From Callorhinchus milii (Eukaryota), in contig NW_024704742.1 in assembly GCF_018977255.1 (NCBI RefSeq), positions 64,482,001 through 64,546,000 of the forward strand: DNA of 64,000 nucleotides. The letters run 5' to 3'. Within the stretch, counting starts at the first letter, position 1. Every line of letters begins with the position of its first letter. Positions 24,536-37,342 of this stretch are shown piece after piece. A model generated the notes under the pieces. That model was not told the origin of the DNA. It saw nothing but the letters and a program-made list of their open reading frames with translations, and did no database searches. The translations under genes and the position numbers were made by a program.

Positions 24536-25828
24536 TTTTTGCCCAGCTGCTTTTTTTCTTGATTTATCAAATATGATTTTTAGTTGTTAGGGGCGACTTC
24601 TAATTGAATTTTTTTCATTTGATGAAGATGAAAAAAATTGGTTTCTCACCAATATAAAAATAAGTTTTAAAAAATTCTCAGATAGAGGCCTGCCAACTTG
24701 CATTAATACAGCACCCTTCATATTAAGTATGTCTCAAAGCACTTTATAGAGACGTGCTGCACACCAAGCACAGAAGGTGGGAGAGAAAGGTCTGGTTGAA
24801 GAAGTAGTTACAATCCTTGAATTTGATATAGCATCTTCACATCAGGAGGACATCTCTAAGCTCTTCACAGGATTTACTGTCAAGTGTAGTGACAGTTATT
24901 TTGTTGGTAAACGCAGCAGCACAAACAGCCATGAAATGAATGACTAATTTTATCTGGGGGAGTTTTTCAAATTAATTTGCATACATTTCTTGCCCATCTG
25001 GTACTTGGACGATCTGAGCTAGTTGAGAGCTACCATCACATATCAAGTATAGGGCAACCAGTAAGAAAAGTGAAGGAGATTGTTTGTCCACCTCATCTGG
25101 CAGCCCCCAAAAAAGGCTGAATAAAGATCACCTGTGATTCTTAGCTCCCAATAATAATAATTCTTTAATTTGATAGAGCACCTTATCACATCGCTATGCT
25201 GTCTCAAAGCACTTCACAGAATATACTGTAAAGTGAATTGACAGTGTATTTTGTGGTCAAAATGTTCTCAGATGAAACAAAACGTCCATGGGGAATAGTG
25301 GTTTGTGGCATTGGAGGTTTGAGGGGAGGGAGAAATTTTGTCTGAAGAGAAAACCACCCAGAGTTAACTAGTGGATACATGGAGGTGAATAAATATTCTG
25401 GAGATTTAGCTTGATTGCCTTTAAGAGACTGGGGGCATCCTTGCAGAACTTTCCTCTCAGAAGAAAAAGTAGTGGAGTCCATGGAAGGAGAGGCGTGATG
25501 GGCCAACTAACTTTATTTCATTAAATGTTTCTTATGTTGTTAAATGTTGACTGTTTTTCAAAACTATGGCATTCGGGCATCAGCAGATGTGCCACAGAGA
25601 TCTAGTTACAAATATCCTCTAATTTCCCTTCCAACAATCAGAGCTGAGCTTGTCAATGCATCTTCTAAAACTTCCTACCTGACATTGGGAAGAAACTATC
25701 AGATAATGAGTAACATTTTGGACCTTTCATTTTGCAACACACCAAACACTGAGTTTGAACAGCACAATTAAGCATTGTTAATGATCTATGTGTCACCGTA
25801 TATATATATACAGATATATGGTACTTAC

Positions 25829-25976
25829 CACCTTGTGAATCACTATTTTCTTTTCGCTTTTGAGGTCTTCCCAAGCTCCTTCGTGACCAGGAAAAAAATG
25901 CTCCCTTTTTCTTATTTCCATCTTCATCATCCAATTCAGTGAGGAGTAATCTGCCCGATTTGGATTTTGTACTGAA
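25829..25976 (-). CDS. RGS12: RGS12 exon (FSTKSKSGR...KKKGAFFSWSRRSLGRPQKRKENSDSQG)
   Basis: 148 nt, gctcag acceptor, gtaagt donor; KGAFFSWSR is an RGS12-type motif. Confidence 0.93.
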
Positions 25977-26739
25977 CTGAGCAACAAACATAACGGATTT
26001 AAAATAAGTTTGAGTGTTGTATGGGGATGCCGTTTGTCTTCTCTGAGCCAATTCAATGCAGGAGAACTTTTGTTTATCTCGCATTCACACAATATACTCA
26101 TTTTATCAACTTTTGAAAGGATCACTAGGATTCAAACCCACAAACCTTTTGATCCAGAGGTGCACAAAGTGGCTACTATTAAAAAAAAATTGCAATTGAT
26201 AGGCCATTCAGCTCATCGTGACGATTGTTGTCATAATCTTATTTTCATAGTAGCCAGCAACTTGAGGTTTGGTCAGTTCCTTCATTAGACTATAACAAAT
26301 TTTCAAAACATTACTCTGTTAACGATGTAAGAAATAATGCATTTCCTTCATAGTGAACGCTTGCTCATAAATCCAACACATTGAATCCACCTTGATTGGT
26401 ATGCAGAGATGTAAGCAACTGCTGCTCAAGGTCTGCATTTCCAAACTCGTAGAACCATCACTCAATGGGGTAGGGATGTGTATCCAGGGTGTGCAAGCAG
26501 CATGGTGGCAATGCTCTCACGTATTTCATGCTGAGCTGTGCTGCTCATCAGGAAGCTCACAGTGAGTTTCTAGTATCCGCTACCAATCTAATGAGGCTGA
26601 AAACTATGCTGGGCAGATGTCAAATAACCAACTAGTGACTATTCTCTGGGGGGGAGAAGGTAAGCAGGATCTCCATGGAGCTGCAAAGTGACGTGCCCGC
26701 CAACAGAATGTAAGAATCAAGGCAACTCTTTATGGCAGT

Positions 26740-27180
26740 CATGTTAGTTCAGCTTCTGAGGCAGGCAGATCCTTAGTCCAGATCCAAGGTATTGCTGCTG
26801 ACAGAGTAACCAACCTGGCTTGTTGGTAGGACTCGTTGGGGCAGACCAGTCACTGAGGACAGGGATTCTTCCCACTCAACTTATTTTAACCCTCCAGCCA
26901 AAGCCCTCATGGGTCAGGTAGTTCTAGCTGGACAAGCAGTGAGAAGCTTGCCAGACAGTGCTCTCAATACAAGCTATGTGTTATTAGCTGGTGAAATTCC
27001 ATCAGTACCCCAACTCACACTCTGAGGGCCCCAAGGCTTGGCTCTTGCCAACCTGTGCCTAATGCTCTCTGGAATTAGGTGAGCAGGGAAGAATGCACAT
27101 TCCAATCCAGACATAGGGGAATTTTTATGTGAGGGTAGCAACAAGGGGTTCTGTAAATGTCAAACACCTGGCGGACCAAA
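26740..27180 (+). repeat. unclassified interspersed repeat (related copies at 44480-45035, 17797-17985 plus 18548-18610, 27830-27970, 60835-60900, and about 370-495 on minus)
   Basis: shared blocks such as gaagcttgccagaca, ccccaag..ttggctcttgccaa..tg..ctaat.ctct..gaatta.gt and acacctgg..gac.aaaa. Confidence 0.75.
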
Positions 27181-27505
27181 ATAAATGAGTACATACCATC
27201 CTTTTAAATAGGATGCAAGACAGGAAAACATGTTTTCACTTGTTAAGATCATTATCACTTTGTACCATCATTCAGTGATAGATCATGAATCTGACTGCAA
27301 TGGAATGTAACTGGTTCTCTCATGTCTATGCTGTAACTTGTCCTTAACTTGTTACTACTTGACTTACATTGAATACTGCTGAAAACTGTGATTGATTACT
27401 GCTCGCATCACTGACAGCTATTGTGGAATTAAGATATAACTTACGTTTCTGAGGTGAAGCAGAATTTGCAGTTATTTTTTAAAAATTAAGTTATTAAATA
27501 CATAC

Positions 27506-27676
27506 CTTTTTGGGGGTGGAGAGGTCTGAACTGGCACTGTGTTTTGAGGCAGGGCTACTTGGTACAAGACAAGGATCAGGCAAGGAACGACCCTCCACTT
27601 CTGCCAGCATGCATTCTTGATAAAGTGGTGATTTCAGAAAACGAGTATAGCTATCAAACTTCATCAGATTAAAAAT
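27506..27676 (-). CDS. RGS12: RGS12 exon, end of RGS domain ([33 protein letters not shown]...STPKK)
   Basis: 171 nt, aaacag acceptor, gtatgt donor; [12 protein letters not shown] motif. Confidence 0.97.
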
Positions 27677-27975
27677 CTGTTTTGGAGGAAAGAAATATCA
27701 GTTAAATTAGTCACTGCTGTTTATGGGTCATTACTTCATGCAAATGTATGTTCTTACAAATGACCGTCCTCCTTGGAGTGCTCTAACCACTGAGCTACAG
27801 GACTCCTACTACAAGGTACTGCAGATGTCTTGGAGAGGCAGGGATTCTTCCCACCCTTGTTAAATTTGCAAACAAAAGCCCTAACAGGTAGGGTAGTCCC
27901 AGCTAGACAAACAACTGGAAGCTTAACAGACTGTACTTTAACTCGCAACTTATTCACTTTTAGCTGGTTAAACTC

Positions 27976-28228
27976 CAACAACAACAACAACAACAAGATT
28001 CCATTTATAAAGCGCCTTTCACGTCAGGAGGACGTCCCAAGGCGCTGTACAGTTGGGTCATGACCCGAGCAGGGGGGAAATGGTCAGGGTGAGGGGAGGG
28101 AAGGGAGGGAGCGAGGAGGGGGGAAATGGTCAGGGTGAGGGGAGGGAAGGGAGGGAGCGAGGAGGGGGAAGAGAGTCGAGAGGGGAGCTGAAGGCTCGGT
28201 CAAAGAGAAAGGCTCGGTCAAAGAGAAA
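27976..28228 (-). mobile_element. young L2 3'UTR fragment with 2 x 46-bp repeat
   Basis: near-identical to 50963-51190; 18-bp duplication at its 5' truncation point. Confidence 0.88.
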
Positions 28229-28679
28229 CAGTAACCTAAGGCACACAAAACTCCATATCACCATCACACCAGGCTCCACAGACTCCCTATCACAGAACGG
28301 ATGAATTTCAAGATCCTCTCACATATATACGAATCCCTTCACGCCTTGGCATCTCCCTACCTTTCTGATCTGTCTCCCCACTCCACTACCCGCTGCCTCC
28401 ACTTGGCTGGTTCTTGCCTCCCGCTTGTCCCTTATCCCCTCTGCTCCAGCATCGGCGACCATGCTTTCAGCCATTACGGCCTGAAGCTTTGTAACTCTAT
28501 CCCCCAATCCCTCCGCCTTGCCTCTCCCTTCCCCTCTTTTAGTTCATGACTGAAGGCCTTCCTCTTCGACCGTGCTTAAGGTCATTTTCTCCCTCCCCCG
28601 GCTCGAGACACTGCCCCACTTAAGGGACGCTGTATAAATGCAAGTTGTTATTATTGTTGCAGGAAACTAAAAACAGTCT

Positions 28680-29095
28680 TTACATTTGATATAGCATCTT
28701 ATCACATCGTGGAGACATCTTAAAACACTTCATAGGATATACTGCAAAGTGGAGTGACTGTGTGTTTTGTGGATGAATGCAGCAGCCAATTTGCACACAG
28801 CAATGTCCTACAAACAGCCATGAAGTGAATGAACAATTTTATTTGGGAGGTTGTTGGGCCAGGGCCCTGGAAGAAACTCCCTTCTCTTTTCAAATCGTGC
28901 CATGGGATCTGTAACATCCAACTGAACAGGCAGGCGGGACCTCAAGTTTAATATCCCATCCGAAGGACAGTATCTCTGCCAATGCAGTGGTCCCCCAGCA
29001 CTGCACTGGGCATCAGCTTAAGACTATGAGTTCAAAGTCCCGACATGTGGCTTGAATCTATAACCTTCTGACTTTGAGGGGAAAATGCTAACAAC
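28680..29095 (-). mobile_element. older tRNA/Deu-core SINE (similar copies at 39605-40080 plus and 47185-47590 minus)
   Basis: degenerate tRNA head, ccttcggatgggatattaaac core and Deu-like block. Confidence 0.65.
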
Positions 29096-29243
29096 TGTAC
29101 TGCAAAAACAATATATTAAGTGAACCCATGCTTAATAATGGGGTTGCTCTATAATTTTAAACCATGGTTCAGGAAAAATTTGGCTTATAATCAAATATAA
29201 ATGATTTATTATAGAATCCTGTAAAAGACTCCACATATACTGT

Positions 29244-29592
29244 AGAGTTCTGTAGCTCAGTGGTTAAAGCACTCGTCTCGCAAGTAAGAGACCTGGGTTC
29301 TATTTCCGGTTAGGGCAAAGTTTCCTTACTCCACACGCCTATGTTTATCTAACATTAAGTAATTACCCGGTTGGTAGTCGATTGGCGGATCGCCTTTCCA
29401 GGGATGTTAATGCTAAAAAAAATAATTTAATCGCTCAGTCCATGCATGTTTGTGGGACACTGCTGTGCACAATTGGCTGCCACGTTTCGCCCACAAATAT
29501 ACAGTCAATTCACTTTACAGTATATTCTGTGAAGTGCTTTGAGATGTCTAGAAGACGTGAAAAACGCTACACAAATGCAACGATTATTATTA
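29244..29592 (+). mobile_element. tRNA-derived Deu-type SINE (variant middle)
   Basis: A/B boxes, Deu core, (TTA) tail; variant middle shared with 58560-58845. Confidence 0.85.
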
Positions 29593-30261
29593 TGATAGTG
29601 AGTAAATTAACTGTACATTGTATAAAACAAATGAAATCAAAGTACAACTTGTGTTTCCTATTCTTGCATCCTATATGTAGCACCTTGCATTATCTCTATT
29701 TCAATTATTTTCATTTGCCAGTTAATCAGTCCATGTGCATACCCTATCAAACTCCTTTTGATAATAATCCTTGCATTTGATATGGCGCTTTATCACGTCT
29801 TCGAGACGTCTCAAAAAGCTTCACAGAATATACTGTAAAGTGAATTGATTGTATATTTTGTGGGCGAAACTTTGTAGGACCTTTGCTGTTTTTTCTGATT
29901 CCACTGTCCCCCACAACTAGTTTTAACTGCAAATTTAATTATCTTACACTGGTCTGCAAATCCAGGACATTAATATACACGAACAACAGGAGAGGTCCCA
30001 GTACTGACACCAGAGGTACCCCTCTTAATACCTCCCCCACTTTGATCTAGCAACCTGAACAAAAACCCTCTGCTTCCTTCCCTTCAGCCGATACTGAACC
30101 ATGTGATTTTTATTACCCAGTGACCACATTTTGTGACGGAATCTCTCATGTGATACTAACAATGTACAACTTTTCTTGAATTGTAATGCCTTTTGAAAGT
30201 AAGCAATGAGGAAAGAGTCTCTCCTAAAAAAAAATGAATAAAAGATTGTGTATTACTATAC

Positions 30262-30405
30262 CTGAAGCTGTTGCTCTTTAAACATATTGGGGTGTGGCGC
30301 ATTAATGATTTCATCAGCCAATTGTGCTTGACTGTCAATGTTGACCGGTGTGATTGCCTTATTAGATAAAAAATTATTGTAGATCTCCCGGGCTCTGTAT
30401 AAAAG
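30262..30405 (-). CDS. RGS12: RGS12 exon, RGS domain (LLYRAREIYNNFLSNKAITPVNIDSQAQLADEIINAPHPNMFKEQQLQ)
   Basis: 144 nt, translated by hand (frame not in the ORF track); ttcacag acceptor, gtatag donor; PVNIDS motif. Confidence 0.96.
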
Positions 30406-31699
30406 CTGTGAATGACAATACAATCATACTTGAGGAACAAATAGAAATTAAATGCATTTCACTCTGCTATGATTAAGTATCACCCATCTACATCAGAACA
30501 GTAACATATCAATATTTTATCTTTCTTATGAAAGAAAATTAGAAAACTCAAAACAAGGACTATCTGCTTCCTGTGTGTATATATAGCGTACAGCAGTCTA
30601 TGCTTATGGTTCATATAGCAATGATGTATATGGGGTAAGACACCATTTGATTTTAGTTGAGAAAGCATTGTAAAACTTTGATAGTCTGAATGAGTGGCAC
30701 CACTTGCAGTTAATTAAAATCAACATCCACTGTATGTGAGCATCAGTCAATATTCAGGTATGATGATGAATATTTCTATATGAATTTAACTAAACAAAGA
30801 TCACTGGTTGACTGGTAGGCTGATCTTAAACTTGTAAAACCTAATGAAAATTAATAAAGTAATTGTGAACACACATACTTTAGATTGAATAGTCATGTGA
30901 GCAAGATGTTGTTCTGGTTAGATTTGAAATCAGATCAAATATTTTGAATAAAACTCAACATTTTTCAGTTGTAATTAATTGTCACTTTCAGAAGCCTCAT
31001 TCTAAAACAATGAATTGAATTAGTAATTTCATTGAAACAGTATGATGTTGTGGCTTAGATTGCTGTGCTCTTTACAATATCAAAATGTTTCCAAACACAG
31101 CAAACTGCCAGAAAAATCTGTGAATGAACAGAATTCTGAGTGCATCAAAACTGTACTAAAACACGTTCCCTTTTACATTCCCTAGATTCCTAAAGTATAC
31201 ATTTCCTAAGGGTTAAAGTAGATTTGTGATATTCTATACAATTTATCAAAATAAGTGATATGCATATATGAATTATTGCACTGTTGATTTAAGTGGTTTT
31301 CTATTTTATATATTATCCAATCTAAATTAATTTGTACAAATACAAACCAATTATCTACAAATATAACATCCTACTTGATGAAATTCTTAAAACCAATATT
31401 GAAGACTATCTGAATGATGCAAATGATAACTTACAATCAAGTTGTATAATTTTATTATTTAATTTCCAAAACGAATCAATAGAATTGAAAATGCACCTCG
31501 TTAATCCAATAAGCGACAAAGGGGGTTTTGATGTTGTTTACCTGTATTACTGCAAAGGACAACAAACAAAAGAATAACACTGCAACTGACGATTTTCAGT
31601 GTTTTGGTGGTAAGAATGGAAAAACTTAAGGCTTAGTTTTTCTTCCATGTAGGTGTTACTTTTAAAAATCAACAGCTTAACTTTTATTACATTTCTCAC

Positions 31700-31792
31700 C
31701 TGTTTCCTGTCATTTTGAGCGATTTGGCCAAAGTATTCACAAGACTGCCAGAACAAGATATTTTCTTCGCTGAATTCTTTCTTCAAGAACTC
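31700..31792 (-). CDS. RGS12: RGS12 exon, RGS domain (EFLKKEFSEENILFWQSCEYFGQIAQNDRKQ)
   Basis: 93 nt, tttcttag acceptor, gtgaga donor; EFSEENILFW RGS signature. Confidence 0.97.
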
Positions 31793-32639
31793 CTAAGAAA
31801 ACAAGTTACCGGACTTGAACTAAATGAATATAACTAAAGAAAGATCACTGGTTAATTCATCTTAAACTTGTAAAAAAATTATTTTAGGAGGATTTAACAC
31901 AGAAACAGGGTCATTTTAATTTACCTTCCGTACTGCTCAATTTTAGAAAAGTTATGACAATAATTTACGTGAATCATGTATAAATTTACATGAAAGCTAG
32001 ATCTGAACTTTTAACCGATCTGTCACTGAACAAAGAAAATGAAAATCCTGAAATGTTTCAGTCCAAGTAATCAAATAAACAAAGATCAACATTCACCCAA
32101 ACCCCCTATGAAAAGCTGGTTTGATCAATTTAGGTATTTTAGGTTTTTGACATGGTAAATTTCTTCCAGTATGCATTTACAGGCAAATGGTCCAATACAC
32201 AGACATTTCCCAGCATGTGCAATTTTCAAGACATCCGCCAGTGCAACATAAATAGCAATTTGACTTTTACCAAAAGTAGCATTACTCTTCACTTTGCCAA
32301 ATATTACAGTATTTGTGCATGAATAGCTACCTTTTATTTTTCTTCAATTTAGCAACCATTCCTTTCCTTGCCATTGTTGTTTTACTAATTCACCTTCCAT
32401 TTTGTATTGAAACATTCCTCCAGCAGTGAGACATCACATATAAATCAACAGCTTTCATTACTCCAGATACAAAGAACTGAAATGCCTCTTATTCTGATGA
32501 TGCATAATTCAAATAAAGAAATCCCATTTGAAGCTGATTCTGTCAATGTCACTACCTTTAAAACCAAGAGGTATTTCAATCCTCAGAAGAACTCAATATT
32601 CCTAGTGAAATTAGTTTTGTATCTGAACGGTATACTTAC

Positions 32640-32809
32640 CGAGAAGAATCTTATACCAACTGAATCCTGCAGAAGTCGTTCAAAGGACACAGCCCAGCTG
32701 GCTACTCTCCGTTCAGTGTGTTTTTTGCAGCTCTGGACACTGGGAAGACTGGCATTGCTGTTGAGGCTGTTATCACTGTTGCAGTTGTTGAGATCTGCAC
32801 CATTTAACT
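32640..32809 (-). CDS. RGS12: RGS12 exon, start of RGS domain (ELNGADL...ERRVASWAVSFERLLQDSVGIRFFS)
   Basis: 170 nt, ttggtag acceptor, gtaagt donor; peptide closely matches RGS12. Confidence 0.96.
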
Positions 32810-32890
32810 CTACCAAACAAAACAACAAAAGCTGTGTAACCAACAATATTTTTAATATTATCTTGCATGGTTATTAGGACCATGCATTAA

Positions 32891-33864
32891 TGTGGAGGAG
32901 AAACAAGACTGTTTATAAACAACAAATTGTTTTCATTTCCTTATCAGTCATTTTCTCACGAAAAAATGGTCTACAGCTGTAGAGCGCTCTGTTGCATTTG
33001 TTTTTACAAAGGAGGTGAAAGGTCACCTAATCAACGGTATACATGGAGATCGATTCAAAGGAGAGAGAGAAGGAAGAAATTGGAACTTGGGAGTCACGAA
33101 CCATGTTCCAGCTTCTAAAGAAGGAAGATTAAGACTACGATTTAAACAACACTAAACGTACAATAATACCTGGATACTTTTGTGTGATATCGAACTGGGA
33201 ACCGTATAACAATACTTGGATACCCTTTGATGGACATATATTTGAATTAAAATGGACATTAAATTGGACATTGCTCCTCTATCTCTCCCACAGCATTTGG
33301 TTTGATCAACTTAAATCGTTGTGAACTGTAGTATATGTGGATAAGTAAACATAATTGGATGTATTCTGTTAATTATTTACAACCATTATTAATCTGAATT
33401 AATAAACCTTGATTAATTGTATAACATTTGTATCAGTCCTTACTTCTCTTTGACCGAGCCTTCAGCTCCCCTCTCGACTCTCTTCCCCCTCCTCGCTCCC
33501 TCCCTTCCCTCCCCTCACCCTGACCATTTCCCCCCTCCTCGCTCCCTCCCTTCCCTCCCCTCACCCTGACCATTTCCCCCCTCCTCGCTCCCTCCCTTCC
33601 CTCCCCTCACCCTGACCATTTCCCCCCTCCTCGCTCCCTCCCTTCCCTCCCCTCACCCTGACCATTTCCCCCCTCCTCGCTCCCTCCCTCCCTTCCCTCC
33701 CTCACCCTGACCATTTCCCCCCTCCTCGCTCCCTCCCTTCCCTCCCCTCACCCTGACCATTTCCCCCCTGCTCGGGTCATGACCCAACTGTGCAGCGCCT
33801 AAATGGAATCTTGTTGTTGTTGTTACTTCACCGCCGCTTCACAAAATTAAAATTAAACCTTACA
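32891..33864 (+). repeat. 5' LTR (left end uncertain; contains an L2 insert)
   Basis: similar to 37770-38305; AATAAA at 33401-33406; ends CCTTACA just before the PBS. Confidence 0.88.
33447..33822 (+). mobile_element. young L2 3'UTR fragment with 6 x 46-bp repeat, inserted in the 5' LTR
   Basis: TSD TTACTTC at 33440-33446 and 33823-33829; the empty site is visible in the 3' LTR (gtccttacttcaccgc). Confidence 0.93.
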
Positions 33865-33865
33865 T

Positions 33866-33883
33866 TGGCGCCCGAACAGGGAC
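33866..33883 (+). promoter_or_regulatory. primer binding site complementary to tRNA-Lys(UUU)
   Basis: TGGCGCCCGAACAGGGAC, a perfect 18-mer 1 nt after the LTR terminal CA; complementarity extends through TTGA. Confidence 0.95.
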
Positions 33884-33887
33884 TTGA

Positions 33888-34726
33888 GCCATTCTTTGAT
33901 GAAATATTGACGGAGAGTTATGAAATCCCTGGGGTAAACACATCCATGTGTATTGTTGTTTGTGAAAAGTAAAAGCAAATTTGTACTGACAATCAGGATG
34001 TAACGGAACAGACCAAAACCAATTTGATACGTCAAGTACAGAAAATACTTTTGACTGAGGTGTAGTCCTCATGAGCACATCTGGTGCATACGCCACTGTC
34101 AGAGAACAACATTGTGTATTTTGATTTAATCTCCTATAATCTACTGTGAGTCTCCATGAACCATCTGGTTTTCTAACTGACCAAATGGGAGAATTATTAG
34201 AGTTTGTAATCCTTCTTAAAACTCCCTGTTTCAATAATGAAATTATAGTGGCTTGCACATGTGCATCAGCTTCCAAGGAAAGCAATATTGCTTCTGTGGA
34301 TGTGGAGAGTCTTTTCCAATAACGTTAACCTGTCCTGTTAGCTTCTCACAATCGTGTTTACGATTTGTGAAAACAACATTGTTAGTACATTAGCAATGTT
34401 AAAAATGTCATGTGTTAACACTTTATTTAAATCATACCCCTCGGTTTTCTTTATTGCATAAACAGCTCCATGATCTGTTATTTTATTCCAAATATATGTG
34501 CCAGGTTTGGTACTTTTAACTTGCCATAGTAGTTTGTTTGCAAAATCAATTATTAAATGATATTTGTCCAACAGATATGCATCAATAATATTTAAATGGT
34601 CTGGAGTGTTCACCAAAATACATGGCAATTTATTTCTAAATATCCCATTTGAAGTGGAATTGATTCCACCCCATATTGACAATTGCCTGTAAATCCACCT
34701 AATTGGTGATAGCTTCAAGTTGCTAA
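33888..34726 (-). pseudogene. inverted protease C-half plus RT N-half of the provirus
   Basis: NSPIWSVRKPDGSWRLTVDYRRLN, VLDVSNWFWSVPL and LPQGFHNSPSIFHQRM on minus, opposite to the rest of pol. Confidence 0.92.
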
Positions 34727-37342
34727 TCAAGTGACAGCACAGTTTAGCCAACCTACTGCTATCATTCAATATGTTGATGATTTATTGTTACACATGCCTG
34801 ACATGGACTCATGAACAATTATTGATGGAGCTTTTACAATTGCTCTATAAATCAGGATTAAAAGTAAATCCTAAGAAAGCAAACAGTTGCTAAGGAGACT
34901 ATCATTTTTAGCAATCCAAATTGGTAAAAATGGTCGCACTCCTGATAAATATAAATACAGATTATTGACTGCTTATTCTTTGCCAACTTCTGTCACAGCA
35001 GTGAGATCCTTTTTAGGACTGATAGGATTTTGCAGGGATTTTATTGAAGATTTTGCTACACTCAGTGCTCCCCTCTATGCTTTGTTACGAAAACATGCTG
35101 AATGGAATTGGACGCCAGCCTGTATTGAAGCAGTACAAAAATTAAAACAAGCTTTAGCGTCAACGCCTATTTTACAAGCTCCAGAAAGGGAAGCGCCTTT
35201 TTATTTAGAGGTAGCAGCCACAGATTTCTCTATTTCAACAGTTTTATTACAGCTCATGCATAATAAACTGTGTCCATATGCATATTAACTCCTGTAGAAT
35301 TACATTTTTCAAAATGCGAAAAACATTTATTGATCAATTTTTGTCGATACAACATTTTGAATACATTGTTGGTTTATCACCTATGGTCTTATTAACCAAT
35401 CACACCCCAACAGAATTACTGTTAGATGGTCGATTAAAAGTTGGATCAGTATCAAATGTCTGTCTGGCTCGATGGACTTTGTTGTTACAAGGATAAGACG
35501 TTATGATTAAACAATCCACTTCTCTGCCATTTTTGACTAACAATTTACTGCATGAGGGAGATACTCATTATTGTGATATAAGTGGCCCAACTTACCTGGA
35601 GGGTTCATTCAAGGCAATTGAAATTCTACAATTTACTACTGTCTACATCAATGGTTCTAGTTCAGTAGTAGTGGGGGTAAGGCAAACAGGATTTGGAATT
35701 TATGTTCCAAATATGGATTTAAAACTAGAAATGTCTTTACCTGATTACTGGTCAGCACAGGGGATAGATTTAGCTGCAATTGCATGTGTTTTACAAAACA
35801 TTGACAAGTATCCATTACCAATTACAATCTATTCAGATTTTATGTATATATGTAATTCACTTACAGAGTATCTGCCAATATGGAAGGCGAGGGGGTTTGT
35901 ATCAGCAGACAGGAAACCACTCCCTTCTGGAAAATTACTGCAAGCTATTATTAAAATGGCTTTACCATGAGTCTCGAATTGCAATTCAAAAAGTCAAAGC
36001 ACACACAAAGATCATACCTCGTGCAAAAGGTAATAATGTAGCAGATGAATTGGCAAAGAAAGGGGCAATAAGTGACACAAAATGGGATCCAGCCATATTG
36101 TACCAATCTATGGAAAAAGTGGCCACAATAATCTCAAGAGAAAACCTGTAGATTTAAAATGTGCCCAAGACATTGATGGGGAAATAATTCAGACTATTAA
36201 AGCACTAAATTCTAAAGAAGCCGTGAATAATCAATATTCAAGGCATGTATCAACTTTAAGTGTAAAACATGGTTTATTGTTTTATAAAGATTTGTGAGTG
36301 GTTCCAATAATTTTTCAGAATGACTTTTTACAACAAGTACATGATGTGCCCACCTCTGGACATCAATCCAGCTCTACTACACTAAAGCGACTGCAACAAA
36401 TAGTCTGGTGGATACCTTTTGATGGACATATTAATCCTGACTTAAAATTTAAAGAAAGCATTGTTGAAACATACAAGGATCTCACTTTACAGGAAAGGTG
36501 ATGGAATGTGCAATGCATTTGCTAGGAATTACACAGAAATTCCATATAGCATACCATCCTCAATCATCAGGAATAGTGGAACGTATGAACCGAACTCTAA
36601 AACTGTTACACAAATTTATCACTGAAAAAGTAAAATGTTGGGATCAATTGTTACCATTAGTGCTCATGGCAATTAGATCAACACCTTCTCGGTTAACATT
36701 TTCACCATATGAGTCAATGACAGAGATTAAAGCATACACCTGAACATTTATGGTTTACTGATATGGCAGATCCTAAAATTCAGGCTGTGACACGTGAACA
36801 ATATGTAAAACAATTGTACTTACATTTCAAAGAAATACATTTGTTTTCTGCTTCAAACATTATCCGTTCTGAACAGACAAATGCTATGTACTTTGATCAA
36901 AAAGCAAAACTGGTAAAGCGGGAAATTGGCCAAAGGTTTACAGTAAAAAACTATGATCTAAAAGGACCATTCTACCCTCGATATGCCGAACCATACCATA
37001 TTTGTGGATAAAGCAAGTACTTCAGTGTACAGGGTAGCCAATACTACCAAGAGAAATGCATGTCCAAAGTGCTGTAATTGATCAAGATTGTATAAATGCA
37101 GTGATGATAAACCTGATTGGAACCCTCCTTTGCAGGATATAAAACCCAAGTGTGTGTTAAATGATTATCCAAAAAGAAGTGAATATCTTCACATTTGGGA
37201 TGATGTTATTTTGCCTTTTGAGGAAGATCAAATCAGGAAAAGAATTGAAGAGTCAATGCATAGACCATTGAGATCTGTTAATTCCTTAGAAGACGTAAGT
37301 ATAGAAGTCGCAACGACATCAACAGCAGTAGATCAAGAATGA
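34727..37342 (+). pseudogene. pol remainder: RT C-half, tether, RNase H, partial integrase
   Basis: QVTAQFSQPTAIIQYVDDLL onward; stops and frameshifts; deletion inside integrase near 36410-36500. Confidence 0.92.

Noticed and set aside
33485..33770. Regular 46-bp repeats as a CRISPR array
   Set aside because: Units are head-to-tail with no unique spacers, lie inside an L2 3'UTR, and the DNA is vertebrate
33866..33887. Lentiviral or vector contamination suggested by an HIV-like PBS
   Set aside because: The match reflects shared use of host tRNA-Lys(UUU); the flanking LTR and pol are decayed and not lentivirus-like
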